Assembly: GCA_951406725.2 (NCBI GenBank)
Contig: OX597833.1
Span: 13,640,001 to 13,704,000, forward strand
Direction: 5' to 3'
Length of the DNA: 64,000 nucleotides
DNA from: Octopus vulgaris
Taxonomy: Eukaryota
Part shown: positions 58,298 to 64,000 of the stretch, one piece after another
Layout of the letters: each line of letters starts with the position of its first letter
Position numbering within the stretch: position 1 is the stretch's first letter
The notes under the pieces: generated by a model
The model's input: only the letters and a program-made list of their open reading frames with translations
Databases searched by the model: none
What the model was told of the DNA's origin: nothing
Translations under genes and position numbers: made by a program

Positions 58298-58680
58298 GGA
58301 AGCACTCTGTCGGTTACGATGACGAGGGTTCCAGTTGATCCGAATCAACGGAACAGCCTGCTCGTGAAATTAACGTGTAAGTGGCTGAGCACTCCACAGA
58401 CACGTGTACCCTTAACGTAGTTCTCGGGGATATTCAGCGTGACACAGAGAGTGACAAGGCCGGCCCTTTGAAATACAGGTACAACAGGAACAGGAAGAAA
58501 GAGTGAGAGAAAGTTGTGGTGAAAGAGTACAGCAGGGATCACCACCATCCCCTGCCGGAGCCTCGTGGAGCTTTAGGTGTTTTCGCTCAATAAACACTCA
58601 CAACGCCCGGTCTGGGAATCGAAACCGCGATCCTATGACCGTGAGTTCGCTGCCCTAACCACTGGGCCATTGCGCCTCCT
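58298..58680 (-). mobile_element. Full-length family D SINE (tail Y) with 13-bp TSD
   Basis: tattggagctggt at 58285-58297 and 58681-58693. Confidence 0.9.
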
Positions 58681-58739
58681 TATTGGAGCTGGTAGTTACT
58701 CAGTCAAAAGTGTCGTAAGGATATGACAGCAGAATACAG

Positions 58740-60350
58740 CTAGACCAGTTCTCAAACCATTTTATACCTACGGACCCCTTTAATTACTATTTTAATCTGG
58801 TGGATTCTCATAGCCATTCAATGTTTAAAAACTAGTTTTATAAAAACTTCTTTCAAAATTCCTATTTTGTTTTTGCACACCTTAACTTTTGTAGGTTGAA
58901 CTGTGGAAAATGTTATAGAAAGGAACCCAGCTGTTTCTTGCAAAACATAACCAATACATACATCTAAAGCAAAATTTTTCAGGGGCCCTTAAAACACTAT
59001 TGTGGATCCTCAATTTACCATCTTGTTGCATGACCCCCCCCCCATCCCCGCCAAATCTTATATGGACCCTCAAGGGGCCATGTGTATCCTGATTGAGAAC
59101 CACTGCTCTAGACCAAGGATCTTTAACCATTTTTCATCTGTGAACCCCTTTGATTACTATTAAGAAGCTTCTTTCAAAATTTATATTCTATTTTTTACAC
59201 ATTAAATTGTGTAAATCCTTAAATCCTTAAAAATGTTTTAGCCCGAAGGCTGCGGCCATGCTGGGGCACCACCGCTGTAAGTTGAACAATGTAAAATGTT
59301 AGGGAAAGAAACCCAGCTGTTTCTTGCAATACTTAACCAATACATACATCTAAAGCAAAGTTTCTCAACCGTTTATCTATGGATCCCTTTGATTACAATT
59401 TTATTCTTGTGGACCCCCAAAGCCATCTGATGTTTAAAAGCTAGTTTCAAAGAAATTTCTTTCAAAATTCCAAATTTGTTTTTCCACACATTAACTTGTG
59501 TAGGTTGAACCATGTAAAATGTTAGAAAAAGAAACCCCATCTGTTTCTTGCAATACATAACCACTACATACATCTAAAACAGGGATCCTCAACCATTTTT
59601 TATCTTTAGACCCCTTTGATTACTATTTTCTCTGGTGGACCCCTATAGGCATTCAATGTTTAAAAACTAGTTTTACAGATACTTCTTTCAAAATTCCTAT
59701 TTTATTTTCCACACCTTAACTTTTGTAGGTTGAACCATGGAAAATGTTAGAGAAAGAAAGCCCAGCTGTTTCTTGCAATACATAACCAATACATACATCC
59801 AAGACATACCAATACATACACCTAAAGCAACGGTTTTTCAGAGGCACTTAAAGTACTCCTGTGGATCTCCAATTTACTATTAAGTTGCATGGACCCCCAA
59901 TAATCTTATGTGGATGCTCAGGGACCATATAGACCCCTGTTGAGTACTACTGTTTTATTCAGGTGGACTTCCATAAACCAGTCAGTGTTTATAAACTAGT
60001 TTTATAGAAATTCTTTCAAAATTCCTGTTTTCTCTTTCACACTTTCATTTTTAACTTTTGTAGGTTGAATTGATTGATTGATTGATTGATTCTAGTTTCA
60101 GCTCACGAGCTGTGGCCATGCTGGGGCACACGTAAAATGTTTGAGAAAGGGACCCGGCTGTTTCTTGCCAGACACACCAATACATATATCTAAAGCAAAA
60201 TGTGTTCAGGGATCATTAAAATTCTATTCTTGATCCCCAATTTGTTATTTTGTTGCGTGGACACCCGACCCCACCCCCCAAATCTTATATGGGCCTTCAG
60301 GGGCCATATGCACACACCGCCCCTACGTCCCTGGTTGAGAGCCACTGAAC
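58740..60350. mobile_element. Array of about five diverged hAT-Charlie-like MITE units
   Basis: ttgagaaccactg termini next to ctagac sites. The unit ttctttcaaaattcc...tgtaggttgaac...cagctgtttcttgcaa recurs. Confidence 0.75.
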
Positions 60351-60412
60351 TAGACTTCTAAAGGTAGTTCCAGAGATGCTGAAAACAACCAGTAAAGCAC
60401 AAGGCATAGGAT

Positions 60413-60480
60413 CAGAGAGAGAGAGAGAGAGAGAGGGAAGAGAGAGAGAAAGAAAGAAAATGAGAGAGAGAGAAAGAGAA

Positions 60481-60513
<33 letters not shown>

Positions 60514-60628
60514 GAGAGAGAGAGAAAGAAAGAGAGAGAGAGAGAGAGAAAGAAAGAAAGAAAGAAGGAAAGAAAGAAAATGAGAGAGAGAGAGAAAAAG
60601 AAAGAGAGAGGGAGAGAGAGAAAGAGAG

Positions 60629-60713
<85 letters not shown>

Positions 60714-60790
60714 AAGAAAGAAAGAAGGAAAGGAAGAAAGGAAATGAGAGAGAGAGAGAAAAAGAGAGAGAAAGAAAGAAAGAAGGAAAA

Positions 60791-60825
<35 letters not shown>

Positions 60826-61065
60826 AAGAAAGAAAGAAGGAAAGAAAGAAAGGAAATGAGAGAGAGAGAGAAAGAGAGAGAGAGAGGGAGAGAGAAAGAA
60901 AGAAGGAAAGAAAGAAAGGAAATGAGAGAGAGAGAGAAAAAGAAAGAGAGAGAGAGAAAGAAAGAAAGAAGGAAAGAAAGAAAAGAGAGAGAAAGAGAGA
61001 GAGAAAGAAAGAAAGAAAAGAAAGAAAGAAAACGAGAGAGAGAGAGAGAGAAGCAAAAAAAGAAG
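60413..61065. repeat. Polypurine (GA/GAAA)n tract of about 650 bp
   Basis: Seen directly. Confidence 0.97.
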
Positions 61066-62474
61066 ACTTTGTATGAGGCAGATGAAGAGAAGCAGAGAGT
61101 ACAAAGAACACCCAAGAAATAAATTCTTTGAAATGATTTGAAAGCTCCATGGAAGTAATTGATAACTTGTCTTACCTATGTGAACTAATTAACAGTACGT
61201 GGCCTAATTAGCAGTAGACGTGGTTGTGTGTACTCTGAGAACACAGCAATCAGAGTAAGAATGGAGTAATTAAAGTTTACGAATCTATTGTTATTACATT
61301 TGACTGTGGCCATGCTGGAGCAATCTCTGGTGAGATTGTCTTTAGAAATCAAAGGTGGATTGATGCAGGTACAAAGGGTGATGTCTCATAGCAGTGAAAA
61401 GGGTCACGAAGGCAGGTGACTCAGGGATTAGGGTCATGGGGCTCATGATTTCGATTTCCAGTGGTGTGTTGCGTCCTTGAGCAAGACACTTCATTTCAAG
61501 TTGATCCAGTCCACTCAGCTGGCAAAAAATGAGTCATATCTAATACTTTACTGCCCACAAGGGGCTAAACACAGAGAGGACAAACAAGGACAGACAAACG
61601 GATTAAGTCGATTGTATCGACCCCAGTGTGTAACTGGTACTTATTTAATTGACCCCGAAAGGATGAAAGGCAAAGTCGACCTCGGTGGAATTTGAACTCA
61701 GAACCTAATGGCAGATGAAATACCTATTTCTTTACTACTCACAAGGGGCTAAACACAGAGAGGACAAACAAGGACAGACAAACGGATTAAGTCTATTATA
61801 TCGACCCCAGTGTGTAACTGGTACTTAATTTATCGACCCAGAAAGGATGAAAGGCAAAGTTTAAACGTCAATCCATACATGACAATGCTTCAGAATTAGA
61901 AATGACAAAAGCAATTCCATGGATGAGTTTAATGGTAGTCAACGAATTTCGTGTTTGAGTCTTGCAACACTGACAGAAGCCGTCAAATAAACAGCCACAA
62001 CGAATACGACAATGGGATAATCACCATCATCATCATAATTATTGTCGTCATCATCGTCGTCTCGTCACCAATAAATACCACCACCATCACGACTACATAA
62101 CCTCTTACAAAGGCTCGGGCAACATATATCTAAAGCAGCAACAGTGTAATCCCAATGAGAACGGCAATACACATACAAGGGAAATAACTCTAAAAGGAAA
62201 AACATGACTTGCAGGGGAAATAATTCTAAAGCATGAGCTATAATATTTTAGAGTTATTTCTCTTTGACTGTATAACGCTTTCTTTGGTTTAGAAAAAAAA
62301 AAAATAAGTGTGCAATTTTTCAGAATATTTGAATGTTTATAGTTTCTATCCTTTACGTTCTTGGTCATAATTAAGCTAATGTCATTATTGCAATTAACAC
62401 TGATTGACCCCTCCTCCCAAATTTCAGGCCTTGTGCACTTAGTAGAAAGGATTATTATTATTATTATTATTACC

Positions 62475-62846
62475 TTTGCACAACTTCTAACGCTGGAGAT
62501 GTACTACAGTGTCAGCTGTTCACTACCAGTGAACTAATGTAAGATCCCTTATTTTTCGAGCACCTTCCGGAGTATTCGAGCGGTTCCAAGCAGCACTGTT
62601 TTCTGCAAGTGCTCCACCATTATTGCAGCCCCTATTTGTTCCACGTACTGCTCGAGATCTTTGCTCACTGTTCCCAGAGCTTCGACAGTTATTGGTTCTA
62701 CTACCACCTCCTTCATCGATCACGACTGCTTAACCTCCTAAGCTAACCTGTCATATCTATCGACTTTTCTTTCTTCCTTATCGTATACCTTGTTGTCAGC
62801 TGGGCATGCTATATCTATGATCCATCATCGTTTGCTTCCTTCCTTC
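62475..62846 (-). pseudogene. Decayed restriction-like-endonuclease LINE fragment flanked by (TAA)n
   Basis: Minus strand reads WIIDIACPADNKVYDKEERKVDRYDRLA*EVKQ. Confidence 0.75.
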
Positions 62847-63739
62847 TATTATTATTATTATTGCAGAAGACTGGCAGAATTGTTAGCACTCTGAACGAAA
62901 TGCTTGGCAGGATTTCGTCTGCTGTTACGTTCTGAGTTCAAATCCCGCCAAGTTCAACTTTTCCTTTCATTTTTTTTGGGGGGTGGGGTTAATAAATTAT
63001 GAACCAGTGAAGCTCTGAGATCGGTTTAATCGATTATCTTCTACCGCCAAAATGACTGCCCTTGTGGAAAATTTTGGAACTATTTTTTTTTTTCTGTCTT
63101 ATTCTTTTTGCCTGTTATAAAATAGAAATTTGAAGACTAATGATGTCATTCCATCAACGTGTGGACGCTGGTTGCTCTCGTTCACGTTTTGGATTTGAAT
63201 TTCTACGATTTTGAATTTTTATCACTTCTAATTTTGAACTTGATAAAGACAGATGTACTGTTGAAATATCATTCAACCAATAAAATATTTTACAATCGAA
63301 TCACATTCTTCGTCTTGACTGTTTACCTTTATGAAGAATTACGTCAATCCTTTTAAAAATATTATTATTATTGTTATTATTATAGCCGGCGTTGAGTTTA
63401 TCCCCTGCAACCAACTCATAATCCTTTAGGATGGTACCGACTGTCTCCACTTCAGAGGCATCTTCCCCCCACCTCTGTATGCTCTACATATGTCCTTTAT
63501 TTCTTTCTTTTGCCATTTCATTATATGTAGACCCCTAGACTTTATGTCTGTCTCTGTATTTACCCCCTCATCCTTTGCCTTTTTATCCTTTCAGGGTTGA
63601 TTAAATAAGTACCAGTTAATCATTGGGTTCGAATTAATCTCCTTGTCTGTCCCCTCAATGTTTAGCTCCCTGTTGTCAATAAAGAAATAAATCATTATTA
63701 TTATTAAAGAATAAAATGTTTTGAATGATACAACAATGC

Positions 63740-64000
63740 ACTATAATACAGTTAATGGGCTATAATAACCTGTTGTAATTTAGTCAACCATAGTCTGATA
63801 TGATATTTCGGAATAAAATTCCTTCTTCAGATATTCTTAGATGGAGTCACTGCTATAATCTATCTGATTATAAACCGATTATAGCAGTGACTCCATCAAT
63901 TCCTAAGAATATCTAAAGAAGGAATTTCATTTCTAAATATCATATCAGATTATTGATGACTAAATTACAAGTTATTATATCCCATTGACTGTATTGTAGT
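63740..64000. repeat. Foldback of about 260 bp with a minimal hammerhead (63798-63834, minus strand) in the left arm
   Basis: atat-CTGAAGA-aGGAA tttta TTCC-GAAA ta TC-atat. The right-arm copy is mutated. Confidence 0.8.

Noticed and set aside
60297-61150. ER/K-rich and LSLS ORFs
   Set aside because: They are translations of the (GA/GAAA)n tract

Overview
This is a repeat-saturated, AT-rich animal genomic window. Its SINE and microsatellite content looks like an octopus/coleoid cephalopod, which is an inference. Most ORFs in the supplied track are artefacts of (TA)n, (TATG)n, (CAT)n and (GA)n arrays or of SINEs. No intact, recognisable host gene is present, only low-confidence exon candidates on both strands. 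Supportable elements are several tRNA-derived SINE families, RTE-clade LINE 3' ends, R4/Dong-like restriction-like-endonuclease LINE fragments in (TAA)n, a decayed hAT transposase interrupted by a non-autonomous Helitron, hAT and piggyBac MITEs, and many Penelope-like terminal repeats. The main hidden signal is more than a dozen type I hammerhead ribozyme motifs, found by manual folding, most of them in these Penelope-like repeats. They include a canonical one at 24976-25061 behind a GIY-YIG-like C-terminus, two in tandem 306 nt apart (retrozyme/circRNA-like, 23212-23560), and a family with the compensatory G3-C8 core GUGAACA (36717-36824, 46251-46301). Activity of all of them is untested.
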